DNA of 64,000 bases from an uncultured Eubacteriales bacterium. Lineage in GTDB: Bacteria > Bacillota > Clostridia > Oscillospirales > Oscillospiraceae. Shown in pieces: positions 8,451 through 22,599 of the stretch. The notes beneath the pieces were generated by a model. The model was given only the letters and a program-made list of their open reading frames with translations, searched no databases and had not been told where the DNA came from. Position 1 is the stretch's first letter, and each line of letters begins with the position of its first letter. Both the position numbers and the translations under genes were made by a program. Location of the stretch: the NCBI GenBank assembly GCA_900547315.1, contig URGI01000001.1, positions 12,639-76,638 on the forward strand. The letters are read 5' to 3'.

Positions 8451-9281
8451 TCTGAGCCGGTCGAAGCCATCGTCCACAGGGGACTGGACTTTCTGCGGCT
8501 TTTTGCCCATGTTCTGAATAATGACCCAGGTGTAGTACATGAACATCAGCGCGGTGGAGATAAAGATGAGCTGCATACCGAAATAGCGCTCATCCGCGAT
8601 GCACATCACGCACAGCATCGCGCCGATCATTGAGAAGAACAGACTGTGCCACGGTTTGGGCTGGCCGAATACGTATCCGGCGTTATAGAAGAAGCCGATC
8701 ATTGCGACCGAGACCGCGATGATCTCCACAGCGTAAGCCCAGACGACGCTGTTGATATCGTTGGCCTTGTAGCAGACAACGAGCCAGAGCGCGTACATCA
8801 GCACCGGCAGCATGGACAACAGGCACAGCAGGGAGATCTTGGCCTGCGGGTCGCTCACCTTTTTCATGAGCAGCGGGAATGCGACTCCAGAGAGGAGCGC
8901 CAGCCCCGCGAGGATGAGCAGAAATACGACCTCTTCGTCGGTCTCGCAGCTCATGGCCAGGACGAGCGCGCCGAGACACATCATCCCGCCGATGACCCAG
9001 CGGAGAATGGAGAAGAGCCGTCCGGTGTTGGCCAGCGCCTCATGCGGCGCGGCGGGCGGGACGAACTGCTGTGCTTTCATACGCTTGATGAAGCGATAGA
9101 ACACTGCGGCCGCCGCGAGGACTATCAGCACCACCGCGACATTCAGCGAGCTGGAGCCGCAAAGCCCGTTGTCATCGAACGCGATCTGAAGCTGGAGCCA
9201 GCGGATGAAAACACCGAAAGCGCTTGCGCCCAGCACGTAGCAGTCGAGCTTCAGGGCAAGCTGTTTCATTTCGTTGCGCAT
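8448..9281 (-). CDS. Hypothetical polytopic membrane protein
   Basis: 277-aa hydrophobic ORF with multiple predicted TM helices. No recognisable catalytic motif. Confidence 0.5.
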   Translation of the reverse strand: MRNEMKQLALKLDCYVLGASAFGVFIRWLQLQIAFDDNGLCGSSSLNVAVVLIVLAAAAVFYRFIKRMKAQQFVPPAAPHEALANTGRLFSILRWVIGGMMCLGALVLAMSCETDEEVVFLLILAGLALLSGVAFPLLMKKVSDPQAKISLLCLLSMLPVLMYALWLVVCYKANDINSVVWAYAVEIIAVSVAMIGFFYNAGYVFGQPKPWHSLFFSMIGAMLCVMCIADERYFGMQLIFISTALMFMYYTWVIIQNMGKKPQKVQSPVDDGFDRLR

Positions 9282-9377
9282 AAAGAATTACCTGCTTTTA
9301 TATTATTTTATATAGGGATTTATATAAGGGATTTTATACTCATTCTGCCATTCCGTCAAGCGGAAGATGAGGAGGAC

Positions 9378-10355
9378 ATGATGAAGCGAACGATTTTGCT
9401 GTCATATATCGCGCTGGTGATCGCTGTTGTGCTGTCGGCTGCGGCAGGGCGCGGCGCGGAGAGCGCACCGGAGGAGACTGCACCGCCCGTGGAAAGTGCT
9501 GCACCGGAGACAACGCCGCAGCCCCCGTCCGCGCCGGAGCGGATAAGCCTGCTGACAGAGGACGGCATACTGGAAATGGACATGCAGGAGTATCTGGTCG
9601 GCGTTGTCGCGGCGGAGATGCCGGCGGCTTTTCCTAGTGAAGCGCTGAAGGCGCAGGCGGTGGCTGCGCGGACATACGCGATGAACTGCGCCGCAGGCAA
9701 AAAGCATGGCGATGCGCAGGTGTGCGCCGATTATAAATGCTGTCAGGCGTGGCAGGACGACGCCGCGCTGCGCGAAAAATGGGGCGTGGACTACGACATG
9801 TATATAGAAAAAATACGCGCCGCGGTCGCGGCGACGGAGGGGCAGTATCTGAGCTATGATGGGGAGGCGGTGTTCGCGGCGTTCCACTCATCGTCCGCCG
9901 GAGCGACCGAGGCCAGCGGCAGCATATGGAGTGAGCGGCCGTATCTCATAAGCGTCAGCAGTCCGGAAACGGAGGAAGACGTGCCTAACTTTGTCAGCCG
10001 CGTTGACTGCACGGAGCTTGACTTCCGCGACACGCTTCTCTCCGCGCACCCCGAAGCGGACTTCACCGGCGATGCGTCGGGCTGGGTGGGCGAGATCTCA
10101 CGCGACGAGAGCGGACGCGTGGCAAGCGTCGTTCTGGGCGGCGTCAGCGTATCTGGAACGGAGCTCAGGAGCCTGTTCGCGCTCCGCTCCACGGCATTCG
10201 AGCTTGAATATGACGGCGGCTTTCATTTCACCGTCACGGGCTACGGCCACGGCGTTGGAATGAGCCAGTACGGCGCGAAGGTCATGGCCGAGGATGGCGA
10301 TGACTATCGGGCGATACTGGCTCATTATTATACGGGATGCGAGCTTACAGGCTGA
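9378..10355 (+). CDS. spoIID: SpoIID/LytB family protein (stage II sporulation protein D-like lytic transglycosylase)
   Basis: GAGGAGGA RBS then ATGATG at 9378. Signal/TM segment at the N-terminus. SpoIID motifs AQAVAARTYA and GHGVGMSQYGA are present. The longer 569-aa ORF in the track is an upstream antisense extension. Confidence 0.8.
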   Translation: MMKRTILLSYIALVIAVVLSAAAGRGAESAPEETAPPVESAAPETTPQPPSAPERISLLTEDGILEMDMQEYLVGVVAAEMPAAFPSEALKAQAVAARTYAMNCAAGKKHGDAQVCADYKCCQAWQDDAALREKWGVDYDMYIEKIRAAVAATEGQYLSYDGEAVFAAFHSSSAGATEASGSIWSERPYLISVSSPETEEDVPNFVSRVDCTELDFRDTLLSAHPEADFTGDASGWVGEISRDESGRVASVVLGGVSVSGTELRSLFALRSTAFELEYDGGFHFTVTGYGHGVGMSQYGAKVMAEDGDDYRAILAHYYTGCELTG

Positions 10356-10833
10356 ACTTCTTCTCGTAGGTACAGAAGCAGTAGCGTATGCCGTCCTCCT
10401 CCTCCCATGGCTCCTGCGAAACGCATTCCCATTCGGGGTTGCGGTCGAGGTTCGGGAAGAAGCTGTCCGACTGCGGCTCGGTGTCTATTTTGGTGACGTA
10501 TACGCGCTCAAGATAGTTGAAAAACTGCATGTAAACGCTCGCGCCGCCTATGACGAAGCACTGTTCAAAGTCTTCCGCCGCGTCCAGCGCTTCGCCGGTG
10601 CTGTGCACGACCAGCGCGCCGTCCACGTTGATGCCCTGGCGGGAGACGACGATGTTGAAGCGGTTTGCCAGGGGCTTGCCGCCCGGAAAATCGGCAAGCG
10701 TTTTGCGGCCGACTATGACGGCGGAGCCGTCGGTAAGGCTGCGGAAATGGCGCCTGTCGGCCTTGAGGACGACGGGCTGCGTGCCGCCGTCGCCGATGCC
10801 CCAATCGGAATATACTGCAACTATTGCATCCAT
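10345..10833 (-). CDS. folA: Dihydrofolate reductase
   Basis: 162-aa protein with DHFR motifs (IGxxGxxPW-like region, VIVGRKT, FVIGGASVY). It lies immediately downstream of thyA, the classic thyA-folA operon arrangement. Confidence 0.9.
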   Translation of the reverse strand: MDAIVAVYSDWGIGDGGTQPVVLKADRRHFRSLTDGSAVIVGRKTLADFPGGKPLANRFNIVVSRQGINVDGALVVHSTGEALDAAEDFEQCFVIGGASVYMQFFNYLERVYVTKIDTEPQSDSFFPNLDRNPEWECVSQEPWEEEDGIRYCFCTYEKKFSL

Positions 10834-10849
10834 AATTTTACCTCTGTCC

Positions 10850-11680
10850 TCACAGTGCTACGGGTATTTTTTCGTCAAAAGGCGTAAACTCGTAATTTTC
10901 CATGCGGAAACTGTCGCGCGTGAACTTGTAGAAATCATCAACGCTCGGATCGACGATGAATTTCGGCGCCGGCTTCGGCTCGTTCCGGATTATCCGCTCT
11001 ATCATCGGCACATGCCGGTCGTATATATGTGCGTCGGCGATGACGTGCACAAACTCGCCCGGCTCAAAGCCGGACACCTGCGCCAGCATTATCGTCAGCA
11101 CGGCGTACTGCACAACGTTCCAGTTGTTCGCGGCGAGCATGTCCTGCGAGCGCTGGTTGAGTATGGCGTTGAGCTTGTTTCCGGTGACGTTGAAGGTCAT
11201 GGAATACGCGCAGGGGTAGAGCGCCATTTCCGACAGGTCGGCAAAATTATAAATGTTCGTCATGATGCGGCGCGAGGCCGGATTGTGCTTGAGGTCCCAC
11301 AGCACCTTATCGACCTGATCCATGTCGCCCTCGGGGTAATGGTGCTTTACGCCCAGCTGATAGCCGTAGGCCTTGCCGATGGAGCCGTTCTCGTCCGCCC
11401 ACGCGTCCCAGACGCGGGTACGCAGATCGTGCACGTTGTTGCTTTTGGCCTGCCATATCCACAGCAGCTCGTCGATGGCGGACTTCCAATATGTGCGCCG
11501 TATGGTGAGTATCGGAAATTCGCTGGACAGATCGTAGCGGTTTACAATGCCAAATTTCTTGACCGTGTGGGCGCTCGCACCGTCCTCCCAGTGCGGGCGG
11601 ACTTCGCGGTCGGTGTCCCAGACGCCGTTGTCAAGAATGTCCCGGCAGTTCTGGATGAATATCTCGTCTGCTCTGCTCAT
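10850..11680 (-). CDS. thyA: Thymidylate synthase (ThyA)
   Basis: Active-site region ALYPCAYSMTFNV. The start is chosen at MSRADEIF (ATG at 11680) because the longer track ORF adds 13 unsupported residues. Confidence 0.9.
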   Translation of the reverse strand: MSRADEIFIQNCRDILDNGVWDTDREVRPHWEDGASAHTVKKFGIVNRYDLSSEFPILTIRRTYWKSAIDELLWIWQAKSNNVHDLRTRVWDAWADENGSIGKAYGYQLGVKHHYPEGDMDQVDKVLWDLKHNPASRRIMTNIYNFADLSEMALYPCAYSMTFNVTGNKLNAILNQRSQDMLAANNWNVVQYAVLTIMLAQVSGFEPGEFVHVIADAHIYDRHVPMIERIIRNEPKPAPKFIVDPSVDDFYKFTRDSFRMENYEFTPFDEKIPVAL

Positions 11681-11792
11681 ATCGCACCGCCTTAAAAAAA
11701 CTAAGCTTAATAATAACACATTTGCCGCCGCATGTCCACAGGAACCGCTTCACGTCCATCCGAATACCATGGAGCGAGGAGGTGGTTTATTT

Positions 11793-12653
11793 GTGAAATT
11801 TGCTGTAATTGGAGGAGATCTGCGCTCTGCGCTGCTCTGCTCGATGCTTGCGGGCGACGGACACAGGGTGTACAGCTTCGCGCTTGAGAAGGCGGAGCTG
11901 CCGCCGGAGGTGCCGAAGGCCGGGTGCATCCAAGGCTGCACATACGGCGCGGACTGCGTAATTCTGCCGTGCCCTGCGGAGAAGGGCGGCTTCCTGTACG
12001 CCCCGTTTGCCGCCGAGACCCACCGGATGACCGAGGTGTGCGGCGCGCTCTGGCCGGGGCAGATACTCTGCGCGGGGAAGCTGAGCGACGCCGCCGCGGC
12101 ATGCGCGATGGAGGCAGGGGCGCAGGTGGAGGACATCATGCTGCGGCAGGATTTCGCCGTGGGCAACGCGGCGATAACCGCCGAGGGGGCGCTCGGCCTG
12201 CTCATCTCCGGCAGCGATAAAACGCTCTGGCGGCGAAAAGCCCTCGTCCTCGGCTGGGGGCGCATAGGCTCCATCCTTGCTCAGCGGCTGCGCGCGATGG
12301 GAGCGGATGTATACGCCGCGGCCAGAAAGAGCCGTGATCGCGCAATGGCGCGCGCGATGGGCTGCCATGGGCTTGGCTTTGACGAGCTTGAGGGGCGGGT
12401 CGCGGACTTCGACTACATAATCAATACGATACCGGCGCGCGTCCTCAGCGACGCCGCGCTCTGCTGTGTCCGCGATGACGCGCTGCTGCTGGAGCTTGCC
12501 TCGCAGCCTGGCGGCTTCGACCGGAATCTGGCCGAGAACATCGGGATAAGGACGATCTGCGCGCCGGGGCTGCCCGGAAAGTGTGCGCCCTACGGTGCGG
12601 CGGAGCTGATGCGCGAGGCAATATATGACGTTTTGAACGAGCAGGGGGAGTAG
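11793..12653 (+). CDS. dpaA: Dipicolinate synthase subunit A (SpoVFA/DpaA)
   Basis: GTG start after a GGAGGTGG RBS. Rossmann motif VIGGD at the N-terminus and the DpaA-characteristic C-terminus ...ICAPGLPGK. Confidence 0.8.
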   Translation: MKFAVIGGDLRSALLCSMLAGDGHRVYSFALEKAELPPEVPKAGCIQGCTYGADCVILPCPAEKGGFLYAPFAAETHRMTEVCGALWPGQILCAGKLSDAAAACAMEAGAQVEDIMLRQDFAVGNAAITAEGALGLLISGSDKTLWRRKALVLGWGRIGSILAQRLRAMGADVYAAARKSRDRAMARAMGCHGLGFDELEGRVADFDYIINTIPARVLSDAALCCVRDDALLLELASQPGGFDRNLAENIGIRTICAPGLPGKCAPYGAAELMREAIYDVLNEQGE

Positions 12654-12655
12654 CA

Positions 12656-13237
12656 ATGGGTGAGAAGAAAATTGTCGGTCTGGCGCTGTGCGGGTCGTAT
12701 TGCAGCTATGACAAGGTGTTCGCCGCGGCGGGGGTGCTTGCGGAGAAATACGAGCTGATACCGATCATGAGCGGCACCGCCGCCGCGACGGACAGCCGCT
12801 TCGGCATGGCGGAAGAGAATATGCGCAGGCTCGCCGAGCTGACGGGGCATGCCGACGTGGTGACGACGATAGCCGCCGCCGAGCCGCTCGGCCCTGCAAG
12901 GCCGATGGATGCGCTGCTGATCGCGCCGTGCACCGGCAACACGCTTGCAAAGCTTGCTCACGGGATAACGGACAGCGCCGTGACGATGGCGGCAAAGGCG
13001 CACCTTCGCAACGGGCGGCCGCTCGTGCTTGCGATATCGACGAACGACGGGCTTTCCGGCTCGGCGGAAAACATCGCGCGGCTGCTGAACCGGAAGAACG
13101 TCTATTTCGTCCCATTCGGGCAGGACGATCCGGCGAAAAAGCCCTGCTCACTCCAGGCGGATTTCAGCCTGATGTACGCAAGTGTGGAGGCGGCGATGGC
13201 GGGAGCACAGCTTCAGCCAATTTTGACTGCAAAATAA
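12656..13237 (+). CDS. dpaB: Dipicolinate synthase subunit B (SpoVFB/DpaB, flavoprotein)
   Basis: 193-aa flavoprotein-like sequence (LALCGSYCSYDKV..., PCTGNTLAKLA). It starts 3 nt after the dpaA stop. Confidence 0.85.
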   Translation: MGEKKIVGLALCGSYCSYDKVFAAAGVLAEKYELIPIMSGTAAATDSRFGMAEENMRRLAELTGHADVVTTIAAAEPLGPARPMDALLIAPCTGNTLAKLAHGITDSAVTMAAKAHLRNGRPLVLAISTNDGLSGSAENIARLLNRKNVYFVPFGQDDPAKKPCSLQADFSLMYASVEAAMAGAQLQPILTAK

Positions 13238-13322
13238 TGGCTTTGTGGCATTGACAAGAAATTATCCGGCATGTTACAATTATAAGAGCGCGTTACCGAT
13301 ACGATAAAGCGGAGGAGAGAAA

Positions 13323-13880
13323 ATGAAGAAAAAGCTATGGATAATCGCTGTTGTGGCGATACTCATCGTCGCGGTGCTGGCGTCTCTGGCGGCCTGCGGC
13401 AATCTGTTTTCCAAGAACGATGAGCCCGAGGAGCTGGAGGATGAGCTGACGGCGGAGGAGCCGGAAGCCGAGGAGACCGAGGAACCGGAAGCGACCGCAC
13501 AGCCTGAGGAGCCGGAAGCCACGAAGACCCCGACGAGCACCGGCAGTGGCAGCAGACCCGGCGCAAGCACCGGCAATAAGCCCGGCAATTCCGGCAGAAC
13601 CACTCCCGCACCCACGCCCGGCGCAGAACCCGATCCCGCACCGAGCACCGAGCCAGAACCCGGCACGGAGCCGACCCCCGCGCCCAGTCCGGACACTGAG
13701 CCGAACCCCGGCTACGATCCGACTCCCGCGCCCGATCAGAATAACGGCACTGGCAGCGATCTGGGGGATGCCATAAAGGACATCATCGACGAGTCTCATA
13801 AGCCCGGCAACGGCGACCTTGGCGGCGCAATCGGTGACCTGATAGGCACGATCATCGGCGGCGGCAGCGAGAAGCCCTGA
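13323..13880 (+). CDS. Secreted lipoprotein, Pro/Glu/Thr-rich low-complexity (function unknown)
   Basis: Signal peptide with lipobox LAAC-G. The remainder is acidic EPEA/TEPEP repeats and then a Gly-rich tail. Confidence 0.6.
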   Translation: MKKKLWIIAVVAILIVAVLASLAACGNLFSKNDEPEELEDELTAEEPEAEETEEPEATAQPEEPEATKTPTSTGSGSRPGASTGNKPGNSGRTTPAPTPGAEPDPAPSTEPEPGTEPTPAPSPDTEPNPGYDPTPAPDQNNGTGSDLGDAIKDIIDESHKPGNGDLGGAIGDLIGTIIGGGSEKP

Positions 13881-13897
13881 GCACATAAAACAAGGTA

Positions 13898-13938
13898 AAA
13901 CGATCCCGCATCACTTCTGTGATGCGGGATTTTGCTAT
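13898..13938. terminator. Bidirectional intrinsic terminator between the lipoprotein gene (+) and pyrG (-)
   Basis: 12-bp stem ATCCCGCATCAC/GTGATGCGGGAT with loop TTCT, followed by a T-run. Confidence 0.6.
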
Positions 13939-13940
13939 GT

Positions 13941-15599
<1,659 letters not shown>

Positions 15600-15711
15600 C
15601 TAAAGGGGGCAACTGGCCCCATACATCAGCGAACGCTTTCATGCAAAAAATACCGGTATTCAAATTACTGTGATAGTATACAGCAGTTTTTTTGATTTGT
15701 CAATACCGAAA

Positions 15712-15750
15712 ATCGAAAAAATTTGGGCGGCCTGCAAGGCCGCCCAAATC
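15712..15750 (-). terminator. Intrinsic terminator downstream of the PFOR gene (minus strand)
   Basis: Stem TTTGGGCGGCC/GGCCGCCCAAA with loop TGCAA, followed by T6 on the minus strand. Confidence 0.6.
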
Positions 15751-15763
15751 GGGGTAACTGGGA

Positions 15764-19402
<3,639 letters not shown>

Positions 19403-19611
19403 TTCTATTTTCATCTCCATTAAAAATATTTGCCATTGCCTGTCTTTGTCCTGTACAGACATATTCAATATAACATTAAAACGACAAAATGTAAACAGAT
19501 CATCGGAGTAAAATTAGTGCAAAAATACACGTTTGAGCCGCCTGACTGACATATTTGTAGGAATGACCAAAAGATATCCGCATTTCGGACGCCGCGCGGA
19601 AGAAATTGTTC

Positions 19612-19640
19612 TTGTGTTTGCGGGAAATTTATATTATAAT
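19612..19640 (+). promoter_or_regulatory. Sigma-A-like promoter for the asp23-DAK2 operon: TTGTGT, 17 nt, TATAAT, with a 7-bp-stem hairpin (19646-19668) at the 5' end of the transcript
   Basis: TTGTGT at 19612-19617 and TATAAT at 19635-19640, then ATCGGCC...GGCCGAT. Confidence 0.35.
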
Positions 19641-19698
19641 CATACATCGGCCATGATTTCCGGCCGATAAATAACAAACGGGAAGGAACTCGTATCTT

Positions 19699-20049
19699 AT
19701 GGTGAATATAACTAACGACATCGGAACCATCAGCATCACCAGCGAGGTCTTTACGAATCTTGCCGGAGACGCCGCGACAAGCTGCTTTGGCGTCAAGGGA
19801 ATGGTGGCGTGCAGCAAGGAAGGCGGCCCATGGCAGCTCCTGCGCCGTGAGTCCATGTCGAAGGGCATCGTGGTGCACTTTGACGATGAGGGCGGCGTTT
19901 CGCTGGAGCTTCACATAGGAGTCGACCGCGGGGTCAACTTCAGCGCGGTCTCCCGCAGCATCATGAACGAAGTGAGCTACAAGCTCGCCAAGTCCACCGG
20001 CATACCCGTAAAGAGCGTGGATGTTTATATAGATACAATTATCGGGTAA
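19699..20049 (+). CDS. Asp23/Gls24 family envelope stress protein
   Basis: 116-aa protein with Asp23-family character. It is in the typical position just upstream of a DAK2-domain gene. Confidence 0.8.
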   Translation: MVNITNDIGTISITSEVFTNLAGDAATSCFGVKGMVACSKEGGPWQLLRRESMSKGIVVHFDDEGGVSLELHIGVDRGVNFSAVSRSIMNEVSYKLAKSTGIPVKSVDVYIDTIIG

Positions 20050-20075
20050 GCCAGCTTGCCCCGGAGGTGTTTCAC

Positions 20076-21764
20076 TTGAGAGAATATATTGACGCTGCGG
20101 CGTTCAAGGAAATGATGCTCTGCGCGGACGCCGCGCTCAGCGACAATATTCAGATAATCAACGATCTTAACGTTTTCCCCGTCCCCGACGGCGATACCGG
20201 CACCAACATGAGCCTTACCATGAACAGCGCCGCCGCCGAGCTAAGGAAAAAGAGCTTCGACGCAATCGACGCCGCGGCCTCCTGCGTCGCATCCGCGCTG
20301 CTGCGCGGCGCGCGCGGCAACTCCGGCGTTATCCTGTCGCTGCTGTTCCGCGGTATATCCCGCCGCCTCAAGGGCATCGAGACCGCGGGCGCGGCGGAAT
20401 TCGCCGGCGCGCTGTCCGACGGTGTCGACGCGGCATACAAGGCCGTTATGAAGCCCGCGGAGGGCACCATACTCACCGTCTCCCGCCTTGCCGCTGCCGC
20501 AGCCGTAGAGGCCGCGAATGCGGGCGCAAGCCTTGAAAGCGCGCTTGAGTGCGCGATCAGAGCGGGCGAAGAGGCGCTGGAGGACACCGTGAATCTCAAC
20601 CCCGTGCTGAAGAAGGCCGGAGTTGTGGACGCGGGCGGCATGGGCTTTATGACGATACTCAAGGCGATGCTCGCCTCCCTGCGCGGCGAGGTCACGGCTC
20701 CCGTGAGCGCCGCGAAGCCGAAGGCTCCGGTCGAGGAGAAGACTGCGTTCGAGGTGTTCGACACCGAGGACATCACCTTCGCGTTCGACACGGTGTACAT
20801 CGTCCGCAAGAACGACCCCGACGTCGATCTCGACCCGCTGCGCGCCTACCTCAACAGCATAGGCGACTCGCTGGTCATCGGCGAGGACGACGAGTCCTTC
20901 AAGGTTCACGTCCATACGAACATCCCCGGCGACGCGCTCAACGAGTCGCAGAAGTACGGTGCGCTGGAGCTTGCGAAGATAGAGAACATGCGCACCCAGC
21001 ACGACGATATACTCGCCGGTAAGAAGGCGCAGACTACGGACGATCTGGAGCAGATCGAAGCCGAGCTTGAAGCCGCCGAGCACGAGGAGAAGATCGCCGC
21101 GCCGGAGAAGGAATACGGCGTCGTCGCGGTCTGCGCGGGCGCGGGCATGGAAGCACTGTTTCAGGAGCTGGGAGCCGACGCGATAGTGACCGGCGGCCAG
21201 ACCATGAACCCCTCCACGAACGACATTCTCAAGGAGATAAACCGCACTCCGGCCTCGACCGTATTCGTGTTCCCCAACAACAAGAACATCATCATGGCGG
21301 CGGAGCAGTGCGTGCCGCTGACGGAGAAAAAGGTCGTCGTCATGCCGACCAAGACCGTGCCGCAGGGCATCTCCGCGCTGCTGAACTTCAACCCCGAAAA
21401 CAGCGAGGAGCAGCTTGAGGCGGATATGAAGGAGGCCATCTCCCACGTCCACACCGCTATGGTGACTTATGCTGCACGCGACTCCGATTTTGACGGCCAC
21501 ATCATCCATGCGGGCGAATACCTCGCGCTGATGGACGGCGCGCTGCTCGGCAGCTATACGAACATCAAGACCCTGTTCAAGGAGCTGAGCTGGGCGTTTG
21601 ACGAGATCGCGCCCGAGTTCATCACCGTGTACTACGGCGAGGACGTGCAGGAGGACGATGCGCAGGAGGCGGCCAAGACCATTATCGACTGCTTCCCCGA
21701 CGCGGAGGTAAGCGTAGTTTCCGGCGGCCAGCCCGTGTACTACTACATGATCTCCGTTGAATAA
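20076..21764 (+). CDS. DAK2 domain-containing protein (YloV-like, DhaL fusion)
   Basis: N-terminal DhaL/DAK2 region (PDGDTGTNM) with a long C-terminal extension. TTG start 8 nt after a GGAGG RBS. Confidence 0.8.
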   Translation: MREYIDAAAFKEMMLCADAALSDNIQIINDLNVFPVPDGDTGTNMSLTMNSAAAELRKKSFDAIDAAASCVASALLRGARGNSGVILSLLFRGISRRLKGIETAGAAEFAGALSDGVDAAYKAVMKPAEGTILTVSRLAAAAAVEAANAGASLESALECAIRAGEEALEDTVNLNPVLKKAGVVDAGGMGFMTILKAMLASLRGEVTAPVSAAKPKAPVEEKTAFEVFDTEDITFAFDTVYIVRKNDPDVDLDPLRAYLNSIGDSLVIGEDDESFKVHVHTNIPGDALNESQKYGALELAKIENMRTQHDDILAGKKAQTTDDLEQIEAELEAAEHEEKIAAPEKEYGVVAVCAGAGMEALFQELGADAIVTGGQTMNPSTNDILKEINRTPASTVFVFPNNKNIIMAAEQCVPLTEKKVVVMPTKTVPQGISALLNFNPENSEEQLEADMKEAISHVHTAMVTYAARDSDFDGHIIHAGEYLALMDGALLGSYTNIKTLFKELSWAFDEIAPEFITVYYGEDVQEDDAQEAAKTIIDCFPDAEVSVVSGGQPVYYYMISVE

Positions 21765-21779
21765 ATATTAATATTGATA

Positions 21780-21817
21780 TAAAAAGGTTCCTGACGCACT
21801 GTCGGGAACCTTTTTTG
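21780..21817. terminator. Bidirectional intrinsic terminator between the DAK2 gene (+) and the SleB-like gene (-)
   Basis: Stem GGTTCCTGAC/GTCGGGAACC flanked by A5 and T6 runs. Confidence 0.6.
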
Positions 21818-22408
21818 TCACCAATATAATTCCGGATGCATGCTGGAGCAGAAGTATGTATAGCCAAGCTCGCTGTCGAAGTACGCGGAATAGACCCCGC
21901 CGCCCTGAACAAAGTTTGCCTGAAACACGACCCACGGCTCCATCAGGCGCTCGCCCTCGAGCAGCCGCCGCGCGGCGTTGACGCACTCCTCCGTCGGCAT
22001 GAGCACGTACGCAAATTCAAAGGTATCGACCTCCTGATACTGCCCCGGCTCGTACACGACGTCATGGATGCTGTCCGGAAACTCCGGTGATGCGACGCGG
22101 TTGAGCACGACCTCGCCTACGCACATGCGCCAGTCGTCGCTGAGCTGCGGGCTGCCCGCCTCGGCGCAGATTATCTTCGCCAGCAGAAACAGCTCGTCAA
22201 AATCCAGCTTCGTCTCTCCGGTAAGCTCGATGTCGATCTGCTCGTTGCGGCATATCGCGGCGGCGCGTCCGGCCTCAATGTCGCCGACCTCCGCCGCGTG
22301 CAGCATGATGGAGAGGTAGTCCACCTTCGGGTCGTAATCTGCGTGCCCGGGCGGACTGAGGGCGAGCATGAGCGCCAGTGCCAGCAGTGCTGAGATAAGC
22401 TTTTTCAT
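21818..22408 (-). CDS. Secreted cell-wall hydrolase, SleB/CwlJ-like (Hydrolase_2 domain)
   Basis: Start at MKKLISALLALALMLALS (signal peptide) with an AGGAGG RBS. C-terminal Hydrolase_2-like region (VVLNRVASPEFPD...). Confidence 0.65.
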   Translation of the reverse strand: MKKLISALLALALMLALSPPGHADYDPKVDYLSIMLHAAEVGDIEAGRAAAICRNEQIDIELTGETKLDFDELFLLAKIICAEAGSPQLSDDWRMCVGEVVLNRVASPEFPDSIHDVVYEPGQYQEVDTFEFAYVLMPTEECVNAARRLLEGERLMEPWVVFQANFVQGGGVYSAYFDSELGYTYFCSSMHPELYW

Positions 22409-22537
22409 TTCGTTTCCTCCTATACTGTGCGTACAGTATAGCGGCAGACAGCCGGGAAACTTGTCGCAACCGGACTTTACGGGAAATAAAAATTTTCCGG
22501 AGCGCGGCGGGAAAAGAAAAAGCCGCATAAAGTGTGA

Positions 22538-22580
22538 AAATCCGCCTGATTTCGAGCTTTCAGCCCAAAATCAGGCGGAT
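22538..22580 (-). terminator. Intrinsic terminator downstream of the VanZ-like gene (minus strand)
   Basis: 13-bp stem ATCCGCCTGATTT/AAATCAGGCGGAT with a 15-nt loop. Confidence 0.5.
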
Positions 22581-22599
22581 CGTATTCTCTACCCGCTTA

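Noticed and set aside
8646-9377. N-terminal 244 codons of the 569-aa + strand ORF containing SpoIID
   Set aside because: This part overlaps the - strand membrane-protein gene and has no RBS. A GAGGAGGA RBS plus ATGATG at 9378 and a signal peptide mark the real SpoIID start.
19403-19468. Longer PFOR N-terminus (MNMSVQDKDRQWQIFLMEMKIE...) as in the ORF track
   Set aside because: Characterised PFORs begin a few residues before ...KTMDGN. An RBS-like GGAGA sits appropriately for the ATG at 19402. The upstream 22 codons lack a ribosome-binding site and conservation. The start remains somewhat uncertain.
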